Source: Hypanus sabinus
Taxonomy: Eukaryota
NCBI RefSeq assembly: GCF_030144855.1
Contig: NC_082738.1
Coordinates: 16,678,001-16,742,000 of the forward strand
Direction: 5' to 3'
Length of the DNA: 64,000 nt
Positions 12,401 through 24,751 of this stretch are shown in pieces (positions within the stretch are counted from its first letter, which is position 1; each line of letters begins with the position of its first letter). The notes below the pieces were generated by a model. The model did not search any database. It had not been told where the DNA came from and worked only from the letters and a program-made list of their open reading frames with translations. The position numbers and the translations under genes were made by a program.

Positions 12401-15400
12401 GTAGGATCATGGAACTTGGGGTGAGGTGTGAAGTATGTTTGGAGGCTCAGGTGTCACCAATCTGCACTTCTGAGCAACTTCAATTTGCCCACAGCCGAAT
12501 GTCCAAGGCCATCGCTGAAGGTCAGCACAGTCACCAAAAAGATTCCATGAGGAAAGGCTGCAGCTTATGGCCCAACCACCTGGTTCAACGTTGGGTTACG
12601 GCCCCACTTAGATTATCATTGCACCGCCATTATCGTGTCTATAACCAACACTCCGAGTTTATTAACCCGCCCACTTAACTTCACCACTCGATATGCCAGT
12701 TCATTAATTCATCCCACTGATCAAACTGCTAAAGGCCAGTAGCTCTTTCCTAAAATATATTGCTCTTGGCTTCATGAAAGCGGTAGTTCGGTTGGTATCT
12801 AACTAGAGCGTTATATAACTGAAACATAACTTCACCACCAGTTTCATGGGATAAATAGTTCCATGAGACTATTTAAATATTCTGTTTCAGTTCATCAGAT
12901 TGTAGTAACGGGCTCCTCGTTTCCTCTTTAATCCCGAGCTTGTACTATTCAGATCACACTCGGATCTCTCCGTGTGGATGGCAGCACGAATTGAACCGCC
13001 ACTGTCCCTGCCACTTCCCACGAAAAGCAAGCTAGGAGATAGGGAGGGAAAGAAGCACGTGGAACAGCAACACAGATAAATGTAATTAGAACACATGGCC
13101 CGAACTGGCAACAGCGATTCATCCCGTCCCTGACTCACATAGCATTTGGCCTGAGTTATTTGCAGATGTTTATGTGATGCTGAGTTGGGGGGTCATTACG
13201 TGCTGCACAGAATCAGCCACAGCCCGAACCGAACCTGGAGCCCCACGCACATCTGCAATTCATCCCGAACATCTGTTACTTTGTGTATTTTTATTATGCA
13301 AACGACCTCGCTCTCTTCAGCCCCTGTTCTCTTTTCTAAATGCCTAGCGTAGAATCAAAGCGGCCATGAATTGAGATTGGGGTACGCAGTTACCGGAGTA
13401 GAATCTAGAATTTGAAGCGATGTTATGGAATAACATGCGTGTAAAGATCACAGCGCCTTCAAATGGACCGCTTTGACAAGCCGGTTCCCATTAAATAGTT
13501 GAAACGCTACGTCTGAAATGCATCGCACGTTTATTTGAACCATTTGCTTTTCCAGAAGCATCAAAGCAACGTAAAATGTTTACGGAACAAAAGTACCATT
13601 AATTTGAAAATATCCTGGAATATATATTATTGACAAGTGTCAATGCCGTTAATAGGTGAAATCCATAGTGTGATGCCGCTGTGTCGATGAGGGAAGTTAG
13701 GAAAAGAAGATTGCAGAATCTAGGTAGTGTTTTTCAGGACCACCCCCAGACATTTGCGATCAATTAAATGCATTGCGGGCAATCTTATATTTCACTTAGT
13801 ATTTCGACTGAGGGATAAATGTTGTTCATCTCCCCCTCATGGAGCCGTGTCTTACCCATCCACCTGAGTAAACGTTAGTTTACCACCCCACTAAGATCAA
13901 CCCAAGGCGGAACACCCAATCAGCAACGCCGTGTCTGTAAATTAACAAATTAAACGACGAATGCCGGTGATAATAAACCCGATTCTGATTCTGATTTCGC
14001 AAAAAGTAGGCGCAACAGTTCATCTGTTAATTTGGCCTGTATAATCGGATGCTGCGCTATTTCCTTTACCTGCACCCCACCCCCCACCCACCCCGTCTCT
14101 CCCTCATCATTCGCTACAATGTGTTTCAGTACGAAAACCGCTGATGTGAACACCCTGTGTCCAGGTAACCTGTCCGCGCTTGGCCGTTTCCTTGGTGTTA
14201 ATCAGAACGCTATTTATACTATTAACCAGATCGAGAACCCCAGAGGAACTCAACTACCTAATAGAGTCTCAATCTGTAAGCCCTAAAGAGTGAGATGCGC
14301 AGTCTAAATTCGATCTAGGGATGAGTTTTAAATATAAACGCACGGTGTTTTGTTTTTAAGAATTGGTTCAGTTAGCCTGCGAAGGAAATCAAACACTGTC
14401 ATTAGTAAGCGATAAAACCAGATTAATTAGTGGTGCACAGGTGATTTGTGTGTGTGTGTAAGAGAGATAGAGAGAGAACTGGTGAAGAACGAATGAGCGA
14501 GTCCTCATCCATTGTCCTGGCAGTGGCTAAGATTTTGGTCACTGCTGAGGTTTCATTAATATTCGGGATATGCGGTCTGCATCACCCGTAATTTCTAGGA
14601 CACTGCCTTCCGAGAAACGGAATGATGTTAGGTCATAAGCTGTAACAGAATGGCCTGCTGTTTCTAATGCGCCTCTCACACCTCTTTAAAGCGCCTTACA
14701 GCCAGTATTAATATGGGAAAATTGGCTGCCATGTGCCCCAAATCACGACGCAATGTTGTAATGTGGGAAACGATGCAGCCAATTTGCCCACAGCAAAATC
14801 CCACAAGTAACAATGTACGCGTGAACAGATCGTTAGTTTTAGAGATGTTAGTGAAAGGATTAAATATAGGCCAAGGTACCATCCTTCCTCAAAATATTGC
14901 CAGGGAAACTGTTGTATCCACCCGAAAGAGGTCACCTGTGCTCTTTACAGCACTCCCTCAGCACCAACCAGGAGCGCGGCCCGAAATTTGGGGCCTGAAG
15001 TCTCTGGGGTGGGGTGAAAAGGGACAGTTCTATTTAGTAAGCCACGGACAACGCTAGAGCATGAAACCATGAAGTGTGAGAGTGCTTTGAATCTCTGTGT
15101 GGAATTTGTATTTTGTGTTGAAAGAGCGACGTTCAGAGAACAACTCTCCCTTCAGCAACAAACTCACGTCTAGTAGAATTTGGCATGTCACCATATTTTG
15201 TTTCTACACGCAGACGCGCACTCTCATGTTCATCACACACACACACACACACACACGCACACGAGCGCGCGCGTGTAGCAAGGGCGGGTTTGATGAAAAC
15301 TCGCTAAAGTAGGCCACCAAAGTTCTCGGAGCTATGGGCCAGTGCACTTTGCTTCAGTCTCTCACCTGGGGTTGTCAGCACAAATCCTTGGCGAGTGAAC

Positions 15401-16327
15401 CTTGCAAGTATCAACGGTACATAAACGAAACCCAGAGCGCGGTGCCACCACGTGTGTGTGTGTGTGTGTGTGTGGGGGGGGGGGGTAACTCGAAATGGAA
15501 ATCACACCGCCCATCTCCCTCAAGTCTTTACATCTCTTGTACATATATCTTGACTGTCCCTTTCCCATTTCTACTCCTAAATTCCATCCCGCCTCATTCC
15601 GTCGTTTTGCTGCTTGCGGAGGATGTTAGGAGGTTACAATTTTCTATTTTTTTCTTCCTACCTAAATTTATCTACCTATTCTATCCACCTTCCCCTTGCA
15701 CCTGAGCACCCACTGCCCAAACACGTTTCAGGGAAAATCCCTCTGGATCAGACATGCGCCTCCCTTGTTAACCCTTGCAGCCCCATAGCGGCGTGCATCC
15801 TGAGGCAAAAAATCAAAACGTACTGTACCTCTGTTCAGGATGACGGTGTCCTGCAGGATTTTTCCACCGTTTTCCAGGGTCGAACAGTTCCATCTCTGAT
15901 CCCAGAGCTGGTGCTGGCATTCGTGAATAGCGATCTGAATACCCTGAACCGCAGCCGCCGTGACATCAGGGCTCCTCACACACAACCCCATCTGGCGTCT
16001 GCTCAGTCCCGGCAGCGTCAGACAGACCGTGTTGGCAGTCAGGATCGGGTCTGCAGGTATCTTCAGCCCCAGGATCTCATTCCCGGCCACACTACACCGG
16101 AGAGAAATCATCAAACAAAAACATGTTTACTAATACACATGTTAGCCAAAAGAAAGAGTAAACGCGTTTTATAACTCTACTTTTCTTCTTTAATATTTCA
16201 ATTAAAAAGGACCATTTTTAAACCTGGCACAATGATAAGCAGCCACGCTAATTGTTTCTTACCGATAGACGGTGAGTGAGACGGTGAGAAGCAGAGTTGC
16301 GTGTCCTGAGGTTGGGAAAACTGCCAT
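3017..16327 (-). CDS. wnt10b: Wnt-10b, whole spliced CDS: join(16263..16327, 15829..16091, 11173..11540, 3017..3475); 65+263+368+459=1155 nt, 384 aa
   Basis: All junctions are GT-AG and keep frame (phases 2,1,0). [48 protein letters not shown] and [12 protein letters not shown] are Wnt10b-type rather than Wnt10a-type (NDILDLRLP, QMEVCVRHPDVAA). Divergent orientation to wnt1, as in mammals. Confidence 0.93.
3665..3960 (-). mobile_element. L2-type LINE 3' end, old
   Basis: aaaggtaggcttaagaagcatttaaaaagagg...tttaggagggaattcacgagcttgggg pattern. Confidence 0.5.
4750..5047 (-). mobile_element. Rex1-type 3' end with (TTCTGA)n tail; related pieces at ~4205-4490
   Basis: [16 protein letters not shown] in ORF 4974..5171; agaatcagaatcagg tail. 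Confidence 0.75.
6965..7270 (+). mobile_element. tRNA-derived HE1/V-type SINE (other copies at ~5670-5860, 10300-10510, 23000-23200, 47000-47195, 50720-50990, 63030-63330)
   Basis: gctgcctcacag...gagtttgcac.ttgtccctgtgacc..gggatttcc..cttcccaaatcccaaag family motif repeated across the window. Confidence 0.65.
7920..8770 (+). mobile_element. CR1-type LINE, 5'-truncated RT C-terminus and 3' UTR
   Basis: [36 protein letters not shown] and [31 protein letters not shown] across frameshifted ORFs. Confidence 0.92.
9780..9990 (+). mobile_element. RTE-type LINE 3' end (decayed C2H2 tail)
   Basis: acttgtgcaagagtctgcaggtctcacattggcctc..agtcacc reads [14 protein letters not shown], then gtcatcttcagtcctgagggactgcc. 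Confidence 0.55.
10076..10113 (+). ncRNA. Minimal type I hammerhead ribozyme motif (core variant) in a PLE 3' end (~10074-10211)
   Basis: Stem I CAGTC/GACTG encloses CCGAAGA-A-GGG..CCC-GAAA-CT-TC. Confidence 0.6.
11173..11540 (-). CDS. wnt10b: wnt10b coding exon 3 ([14 protein letters not shown]...HNNKLGRQ)
   Basis: ORF 11155..11520 plus upstream GFRESAF; acceptor atgcag|, donor CAG|gtaggc; 368 nt. Confidence 0.95.
14670..15060 (-). mobile_element. Deu-domain SINE (SacSINE1/AmnSINE1-like), old
   Basis: tgttgtaatgtgggaaacgatgcagccaatttgcccacagcaaaatcccacaa matches the Deu-SINE central domain as I recall it; orientation is inferred. Confidence 0.7.
15829..16091 (-). CDS. wnt10b: wnt10b coding exon 2 ([10 protein letters not shown]...TVILNRG)
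   Basis: Inside ORF 15728..16114; acceptor gtgtag|, donor AGAG|gtacag; 263 nt. Confidence 0.95.
16263..16327 (-). CDS. wnt10b: wnt10b coding exon 1 (signal peptide [22 protein letters not shown])
   Basis: gccATGG Kozak context at 16327, hydrophobic stretch, phase-2 donor CG|gtaaga matching the phase of the next exon. Not in the ORF track; found by reading the minus strand. Confidence 0.82.
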
Positions 16328-16978
16328 GGCAGGAAATTAAACCGGTCAAATAGATCGGTGCAAAGGACTTTTGGGAACCACACGGGAATAGACTTTACAA
16401 ACCAGGTCTGGCAGCGAGAGTATCAGGATAATTACAATCTCCTCCTCAGTGTCATGTTTCATTTCCTCGCTCAGCTGTTCTGTGTAGCCGCTAGATTGAG
16501 TCAGTCAGGGTTTTAAAAGTCACGGGAGGGAAAAAAGCATCCCCACTCAGTTCAAAGGCAGATTGAACGGAGATAGAACAGTCAGTCTTATTTTGCCAGA
16601 TCACTGACGCTATCTCTGTCACTCTCTACCTCCCTCTATCTTTATACTGTATTTCAATCGTTCCCTCCCTCACCCTCTTTCCTCTCTCCTCCTCTGTCTC
16701 TCTCTCCCACCCACACGCTTCCTCCTTCTCCCCCTCCCAGCTCTCATCCATTCTCCTTCAAGCTCTCCATCACTCCCTCAGTCTCTCTCCCACCCTGCCT
16801 CTCTCTTCCTCTTTCATCTCCCGTCACCTCCCCTCTTCTCTCCTGCTTCTAATGCAGGTGGATTAAACAAATCGCAACATTAAAATGAATACTTTGATCT
16901 TTATTGCCCGATCATGAATGTTCGGGCAATCTTTGAGAAGAAAAAGTTATTTGAAGTGCAACCGATGGGAGGAAGTGA

Positions 16979-17418
16979 NNNNNNNNNNNNNNNNNNNNNN
17001 NNNNNNNNNNNNNNNNNNNNNNNNNNNNNNNNNNNNNNNNNNNNNNNNNNNNNNNNNNNNNNNNNNNNNNNNNNNNNNNNNNNNNNNNNNNNNNNNNNNN
17101 NNNNNNNNNNNNNNNNNNNNNNNNNNNNNNNNNNNNNNNNNNNNNNNNNNNNNNNNNNNNNNNNNNNNNNNNNNNNNNNNNNNNNNNNNNNNNNNNNNNN
17201 NNNNNNNNNNNNNNNNNNNNNNNNNNNNNNNNNNNNNNNNNNNNNNNNNNNNNNNNNNNNNNNNNNNNNNNNNNNNNNNNNNNNNNNNNNNNNNNNNNNN
17301 NNNNNNNNNNNNNNNNNNNNNNNNNNNNNNNNNNNNNNNNNNNNNNNNNNNNNNNNNNNNNNNNNNNNNNNNNNNNNNNNNNNNNNNNNNNNNNNNNNNN
17401 NNNNNNNNNNNNNNNNNN
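16979..17418. other. Assembly gap (N-run); others at 23949-24100, 38060-38209 and 38488-38648
   Basis: Runs of n. Confidence 1.
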
Positions 17419-20400
17419 ACTTACTCTGCCTTTCTCATCTCTCTCTCGCCATTACATTTCCACCAATTTGTTTCTTGTTCTCCCGCTGTCCCGTCTAATA
17501 TAAAAAGGACAATTACAGACAAATTCAAGTTAAACCAATTTACGTACAAAATATTCCTTGAAAATCCGCCTTTGACTTTCAAACCAACTATTACAGTAAT
17601 TAATATAAACCACACATTGGAATCTAAATAGGTCCTATCCGCAAGCAATCCAGGAATCCCGAATATAGTGTGCTGTGGACTTCGGTTTACCCCCATTTCG
17701 TTCCCTTTGTATAGATTCCATTATTTACGTTATTTAAGATGCAGCATGTTTCAAAACACATAAAAACACACACACTGGACACCTATTGCTTTCTTGACAG
17801 CCACTGCAAATCAAAGCAATTCATTACACGTGAAGCCCTTGGAGACCTTTCTGAGAGAGGCGCCGCACCCATGCAAGTCTTTTTATGTCAACCCAGAGGA
17901 GCTGGGAAGGAACAATCGCAGTGCTAGCTAAGGTCAGTCAGCTCAAGAATGGGAAGGTGGAGGTGGCTCAAATAGTCGGGGCTCTGCCGCGAGAAGTAAC
18001 GACGTCCTCCCAGCACCTGCTGCTGAGGATGCGGTCAGAGTAGAAATGCGGGGCCACTCAAGTGAAACAAACTCCTGACCGGCATCTCTACTCGCCAATA
18101 AACAGCTATTGCAAGCTTTCTGTCCTTCTTTTGCTAAATTGTCTTCATGTTGTGCAGGTACTGAGATTGCTGCTGACTCCGGTAAGACAGATGATATATG
18201 CTTGTGCATTGTGCAAAGGTCAGGGAGTCCCACTTTTCTTCCCCTTCAGTCTGATACGACAGTTCTATTATTGCCGTCATATTTTGAGGCGGCTTGGTAC
18301 GAGTCGAAACTGCACTTCGCTAATCTCACACAGAACCAGAAACTAAACGAAGAGTCCTTTTGGGGATCCGAGTGTGCCGCCCGATAGATGTGATAAATGG
18401 CACATTGAAAGGCTCTGGATCATATCAGGACGGCATACAAGTGGTAGGCCGCATCGCAGTTGGCGCGGGGACTCTGCTGCTGCTTTCTCGTCACTAAGTG
18501 TGAAACAAGACGATAACCTCGCCTGCTATACTTCTATACCGATAATAAGCCCATACTCTGTCAACAGAATGTAACACTTTCTGAAGGTTCGATCCCTTGA
18601 GGGGCGGTCATTTACATCATCACTTGTGAGGCGATTTTTTTTTAAAAAACAGGATTAATGTAGGATTCGTGTAAAAGAGTGGTGGTGGTCGGCAGGGATT
18701 CGCTGGGCCGAAGGACTGGTTTCTCTGTTTTATAATTCTCACCGGAGAGATGCAGCAGGTTAAAATATCATTGAGCCAGCTCTTTGTTCTCGGGCGAATG
18801 AGATACTTGGCCTCTTGAAATTTAAAATTTAACGTGATCAACTGGCTCTTTTTAAGATCAATTGATAGAACCACTAGTGTTTATATTTGTAGATGTCGGG
18901 TCAATCAGTGAGAGCAGATCATGTACCAGCCTTGCCCTACAATGAGGGAGAGGGGCTGGCGGATGGGTGAAATACCTTAATACTCCCTCCACTCTACCCC
19001 CCCCCCCAAACTAATATTCTCACCCAAGTCGTGTCTATGGCTCAAAAATGAGGATGAAATCGCGCAGACCCACTAATAAGGTTGAGTCTTAACTGCCTCC
19101 TCGGTTGAGGGGCAATTAGGACTGGCATTGTCAGCGACGCCTACCACCCCAGCCGTGAGGGATTACGTATATGGTTTTCCAGCGTAGGGTGTTTTTCCTT
19201 GAATGCTCCTTTCGCCGTTCGCTTTAATGCAGGCTGTTCTTTGCGACAGCAGCAGAACAAAGCAACCATTGCCGACCAAAGTTGACAAAAAAAGTAGGGG
19301 GTCCCCTTGCAGACGCCAAGGCAGATAGGCGGAGGTGGTATGGTTGTGATTATATCAGCGGTCCCAGAAACGTGTGATTTTGAGATTGTGTCAACGAAGA
19401 TATACAGGGATGCTAAATATCACAATTGTAACATCGTGTATAGACAATTGCGTAGTATTGATTGCCGCAAGTTAATGTTGATAAATCGGGAATATTTGTC
19501 CCTTCGTGACATAATCTGAAATTACAATATGGAAATTGCAGTGAATGAAACAGAATGGGAGAACTCTCAACACGTTAATTAACAGCGCAGGTTTTGAGAA
19601 AGTGAGAAGTTTCAGTACACTCTTTGCTTTAGTAGTGATCAATAGTTTAAAGTACATCGTTACTAAGTTTTTTTTTGTTTTATAAATCCCCATTGGCTGG
19701 TGAATCAATGTGAGTTCCGATGTGTGGGGCATTTCATTACGCTCTCCCCAAACCTTGCAAATATTCAGGAGTTTCAAACAACACCTTCCTATTGTGACCG
19801 AAACTTCCTTCAGTAAATTTCCGCGTTTAGAAATTTTAGTTATTTCCCAAGCATCTATTTGATTAATAATGACATCCGAAAGTAACCATGTGGCCTGTTT
19901 AATCAGCGGCAGTTGATCTTGGATCTACAATTAGTTTGTAAACCTTGTCAATTCCAATATGTACGAGTGAAACACTTAAGGAAAAAGCAAGCGGCTTCTC
20001 GGCCCAGTTCTGTAGTTTATCTCGGCACTTTAATTTCAGTTGGCCGGAGGTCCGCACAGTGGATGAGATTAACGTGTTCCCCCATCTCTGATCACCCCCT
20101 CCTCCTGCCGACTTGTAAAAGTATTGCTGCTTAAGAGTTGAGTGTGGGTCCTCAACGTGTCTTATCCACAGGGGATTGGGAAATGCATGCTATTTGGGCT
20201 CGTCCGAGGGTTGGGTTAAAACACGTGGCTGTGGTGGAGTACGATTATTTTCCGTATCTGCCGACGTTACACGTGCGTGTTCAATACCCATTAGAACAAT
20301 ATTCATCTACGAGGCACTGACATCCTACAATGTGTACGGAATCCATCTGTTCCCCACTCACAATGACTTCGGGATTTAGCATCATCAAACAACTTTACAG

Positions 20401-20741
20401 ATCGAACAATTTACGAACAACTTTGGAAAGGATGAATCCTGTTAATGTCTGTCATGGGAGTGTTATTAATTATGCATTATTACTAGATGTAACGATGTTT
20501 TAAAGATGTCGAGAAAAGAGAGAGGGAGAAAATAGTCGATGTAGCAACTGGACTAAGACCTTGGCGAATGACGTTCAGAGTAGGAGGTGATAGATTTTAG
20601 ATCTGCCATTGCGCTTAACACATAACACAGCACCATTTTTCCATTGACGAGGCAAAGTCAAGACAATTTCTATTGCAGTGTCAGAGACAATCAGGGACAC
20701 CAAAAATTCGAGCCGTCTTCATAGTTAAAGTTCAAAGTAAT

Positions 20742-20743
<2 letters not shown>

Positions 20744-20812
<69 letters not shown>

Positions 20813-20828
20813 CGTGTGTGTGTGTGTA
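20744..20828. repeat. (TG)n microsatellite
   Basis: Long, nearly pure TG run; shorter ones at 15234-15262, 15452-15473 and 14447-14477. Confidence 0.97.
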
Positions 20829-20829
20829 A

Positions 20830-22075
20830 TAGTGTGTGCCATATACTATCCTGAGGTTCATTTTTGCAGGCATTCACAGTAAATACAAAGAAACACAATA
20901 GAATCAATGAAACCCCCCACACAACAAAGACAGACCAGTGTGGAAAATACAACAAACTGTGCAAGTAAATAAGCCATAAATACCGAGAACATCAGTTGTA
21001 GAGTACTTGAAAGTGAGTCCAAGTAAGGTTGTGAAATCAGTTCAGTATTGGAGTAAGTGAAGTTATCCCTGCCGGTTCAAGAGACTGATGGTTGAGGGAT
21101 AATAACTGTTCCTGAACCTGGTGGTGTGAGTCCCCAGGCTCCTGTACCTTCTTCCTGATGGCAGTAGCGAGAAGAGAGCATGGCCTGGATGGTGGGGGTG
21201 GTGGTGGGGTGGGGGGTGGATCCTTGATGATGGATACTGCTTTCCTGTGATCTGTGTAAATGTACTCGATGGTGGAGAGAACTTTACCTGTGATGGACTG
21301 GGCTGTATCCACAACTTTTTATAGGCTTTTCCGTTCAAGGGCATTGGTGTTTCCGTACCAGGCCATGATGCAACCAATCTATATACTCTCCACTGTATAT
21401 CTGTAGAAGTTTGTCAAAGTTTTAGGTGAATGCCAAAGTATTCACAAACTTTTAAGAAAGTAGAAGCTCTGTCGTGCCTTTTTTGTAATGGCAGTCACGA
21501 CCTGGACCCAGGACAGATCCCCTGAAATGATAACGCCGCAGAGGAATTTCATTTTGATGGCCTTAACCACCTGTGATTCCCTGATGAGGACTGGATCTTG
21601 GACCTCTGATTCCCTCCTCCTGTCGTCAATAATCAGCTCTTTGGTCTTGCTGACATTGAGTAAGAGGTTATTGTTGTGGCACCACTCAGCCAGATTTTCA
21701 ATCTCCCAACTCGTCACAACTTTGATTCGGCCAACAACAGTGTGTTTCAGCAAATCTACATAAGGCATTGAAGATGTGCTTAGCCACACAGTCATAAGTA
21801 TAAAAACGAATAGAGCAGCCTTGTGGTGCACCAGTGCTGATGGTGATGGTGGAGGAGACGTTGTTGTCACTCCGAATTGACTAGGGTCTGAAAGTGAGGA
21901 AATCGAGAATCCACTTCCACAGTGAGGTATTGCGGCCTAGGTCTTTCAGCTTATTGATTAGTTTTGATGGGATGATAGTGCTGAGTGCCGAGCTGTGACA
22001 ATGAAAAGCATCCTGATGTATGCATCTTCACTATCCAGAAATTCCAGGGTTGCGTACAGAGCCAATGAAATGGAA
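20830..22075 (-). mobile_element. Rex1/Babar non-LTR retrotransposon fragment
   Basis: LAEWCHNNNLLLNVSKTKELIID; HPGHALFSLLPSGRRYRSL..TTRFRNSYYP. Confidence 0.9.
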
Positions 22076-23332
22076 TTCCTGATACTGAAAATGCTGGAAC
22101 ATTCCAAATTACGGTCACAGCAAGTTAATGTTGTTCATACCCTGTTTTGATAAGTCTACACATTCAGTAACACCGCACGATTTGAGAAAGGGCGAAGTTT
22201 CAACACATTGTATCTCCAAATCCATACAAAAATTGCCAAACGTTGCAAAATAGATTTTAGATTGCAAGGACGTCAATAGAAGTAACTTGGGTCAGCGCTC
22301 CTTATCTTTAAAGTGAAATGGCAAACCGCAAGCTACGTATCACACAAATCGCTGCCACATCATGGATCCATTAGTCAGATCGATTGAGGCACTAACCCCG
22401 CGGAGTACCAATAATTTACATAGGCGACACGAAGCCCTAGACAGTTGATAATGAATCAGCAACAAAGTGATAAATGTCATTCCCAATAAATGGTTCATTT
22501 CGGTACGTGCTAGGGTATCTCTGGCCATGCTTTTTCACTACTTTTTTTTTCCAAAAAATGAAAAGAACGGTTACCACTTCTCGTAAAAGCTCAATAGACA
22601 GAACATTGAAAGCTATTAGAAAGTGCTGAAGGCAGAGGAGCCCGTGGAAGCTGTGAGACGCTTGGTTACATTCAGAATGTAATACAATAATCTCCCGAAG
22701 CGGCCTCTGCACCGGCGTTTCCTAACCGTGACCATGTTTCCGCGCAGAAAATGCCGCGAATTTCGGCACTCTAAAGCAGGTTACCAGTCGAATGTCTGGC
22801 GACGGTGTTAAACTATCGGATCAGGTGCCCAATTAAATACCTTCCCAAGTTCCTCTATAAAAAACATTTGACATGCGGCCACCTATCTCCAAAAGATAAA
22901 ATGGTCCCTCTCCCAGCTGTTAAACTGGGAATGCAACTGATATCGAAACGCGCACGCCCTTCCAATACACACATACTAAAGTTCCGGAGGCACACATTGA
23001 GATCACAGCTCCAGAGACCTGAGTTTAGTCCTGGCCTCCGGTGCTGTGTGTTTGGACATTCTCCTTGTAACCGCGTGTGTTTCCCGGCATGCTCGCGCAC
23101 GTCCTAAGATGTTTTAGGGGAGTAGGGAAAATCAACGGGGAAGTTGACAAAAATGTGGAGACAATGGGTTACAAGTGGAAACTGGTGGGTAATGGGGTTA
23201 ATCTATGTATTATCTATTGCTTCGTATGGAAATAATAGCTGACAATAAAGTATATGCATTCTCCATATCATACTCGTGCCCTCACACTGACTCCAGCGCA
23301 CAACGGCACAATCCAAGTTCATCTACTCTCCT

Positions 23333-23725
23333 CAAACACGAGGAAATCTGCAGATGCTGGAAATTCAAGCAACACACACAAAATGCTGGTGGAACACAGC
23401 AGGCCAGGCAGCATCTATAGGAAGAAGCACTGTCGACGTTTTGGGCCGAGACCCTTCGTCAGGACTAACTGAAAGAAGAGATAGTAAGAGATTTGAAAGT
23501 AGGAAGGGGAGGGGGAAATCCGAAATGATAGGAGAAGACCGGACGGGGTGGGATGAAGCTAAGAGCTGGAAAGTTGATTGGCACCTCTCACTTTCAAATC
23601 TCTTACTATCTTTTCTTTCAGTTAATCCTGACGAAGGGTCTCGGCCCGAAACGTCGACAGTGCTTCTCCCTATAGATGCTGCCTGGCCTGTTGCGTTCCA
23701 CCAGCATTTTGTGTGTGTGTGTGTG
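23333..23725. mobile_element. Penelope-like element (PLE)-derived fold-back insertion with hammerhead motifs and a 14-bp TSD
   Basis: About 130-bp inverted arms (~23372-23500 and ~23590-23718); TSD TCATCTACTCTCCT at 23319-23332 and 23726-23739. Confidence 0.85.
23622..23660 (+). ncRNA. Minimal type I hammerhead ribozyme motif
   Basis: CTGACGA (23628-23634), extra A, stem II GGGTC-TC-GGCCC, GAAA (23648-23651), CG, TC; predicted GUC cleavage after 23655; stem I is weak in this copy. Confidence 0.7.
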
Positions 23726-24751
23726 TCATCTACTCTCCTAGTCAGCTGCTCAATCCCGGCATTATCTCATACAGATAGACAGATGTCCACATCTCATGTG
23801 CTTGCCCGATCATCTACGTATATCAATACGCACCTCTTGCACACGAAGCATCCGCGATGCACACGCTATATTTGTGTATACTTCCATATAGCAGCACTGG
23901 CTCTTCAGGCAAATAGAGCTTTATATGCAACGACTCCAATTTCATTACNNNNNNNNNNNNNNNNNNNNNNNNNNNNNNNNNNNNNNNNNNNNNNNNNNNN
24001 NNNNNNNNNNNNNNNNNNNNNNNNNNNNNNNNNNNNNNNNNNNNNNNNNNNNNNNNNNNNNNNNNNNNNNNNNNNNNNNNNNNNNNNNNNNNNNNNNNNN
24101 AAGGGCAAAAACTTCCACCTTCCATTGTCATAGCTGACAGGGAGAGTGTTTATTCAATGCGCGCTCCCGAAATTGCTCCAGGTGCAGTTACTGGAAATTC
24201 CCCAGCACCATTCGCCTTCAAATGGATGAGCTGAAAGCAAAATTCAAAGAGTTATTGCAGTAACACATTTTTAAATCGTTTAAGTGATTTGATGTGTTTA
24301 TGGTCGGAACTAGTAGCACATTACGGTCTAGTGACCTACTGGTGTCCGTTACTGTACAAGCCAACAAGTCAAGAGGTTAGAAGACAATAAAATATAATTA
24401 ACTTTTATTGGTTTATTTCCCTCATTATTTGATTAGAAACATGTTATTTAAACAAATTTGTGCATCCATTAAAACCAGAAAAAATTGTATAACACTCTGA
24501 GCCATTTGCACCATAATCAGAATTAGGGCGGAATCTATCATAGATGACGGCATTGTTCATCAGATTCTTTAGCCATCACACGAGAGTAGAAGGTGAGGGT
24601 CAATGAGTGCGGTCTTTCCGTAACCAATAATTTATTTTCACAGGCCTGCCTTCACTTGGGCCATGACATGTCAACCTTACCACCAACTGCAGCATACAAT
24701 GTGAAAATGTCAACATAGGGTAATGTCCTTTAAACAGATGACCTCTAACTT

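Noticed and set aside
16914-17631. Long ORFs spanning N-runs (also 23354..24133 and 37951..38783)
   Set aside because: Artefacts of translating assembly gaps.
13354-17816. TCF/LEF-like sites (13354, 13560, 16551, 16892, 17810) suggesting Wnt autoregulation
   Set aside because: A degenerate AT-rich 7-mer found throughout the window; enrichment cannot be shown without statistics or conservation.
18586-18596. B-box-like GGTTCGATCCC suggesting a tRNA gene
   Set aside because: No A-box or cloverleaf around it.
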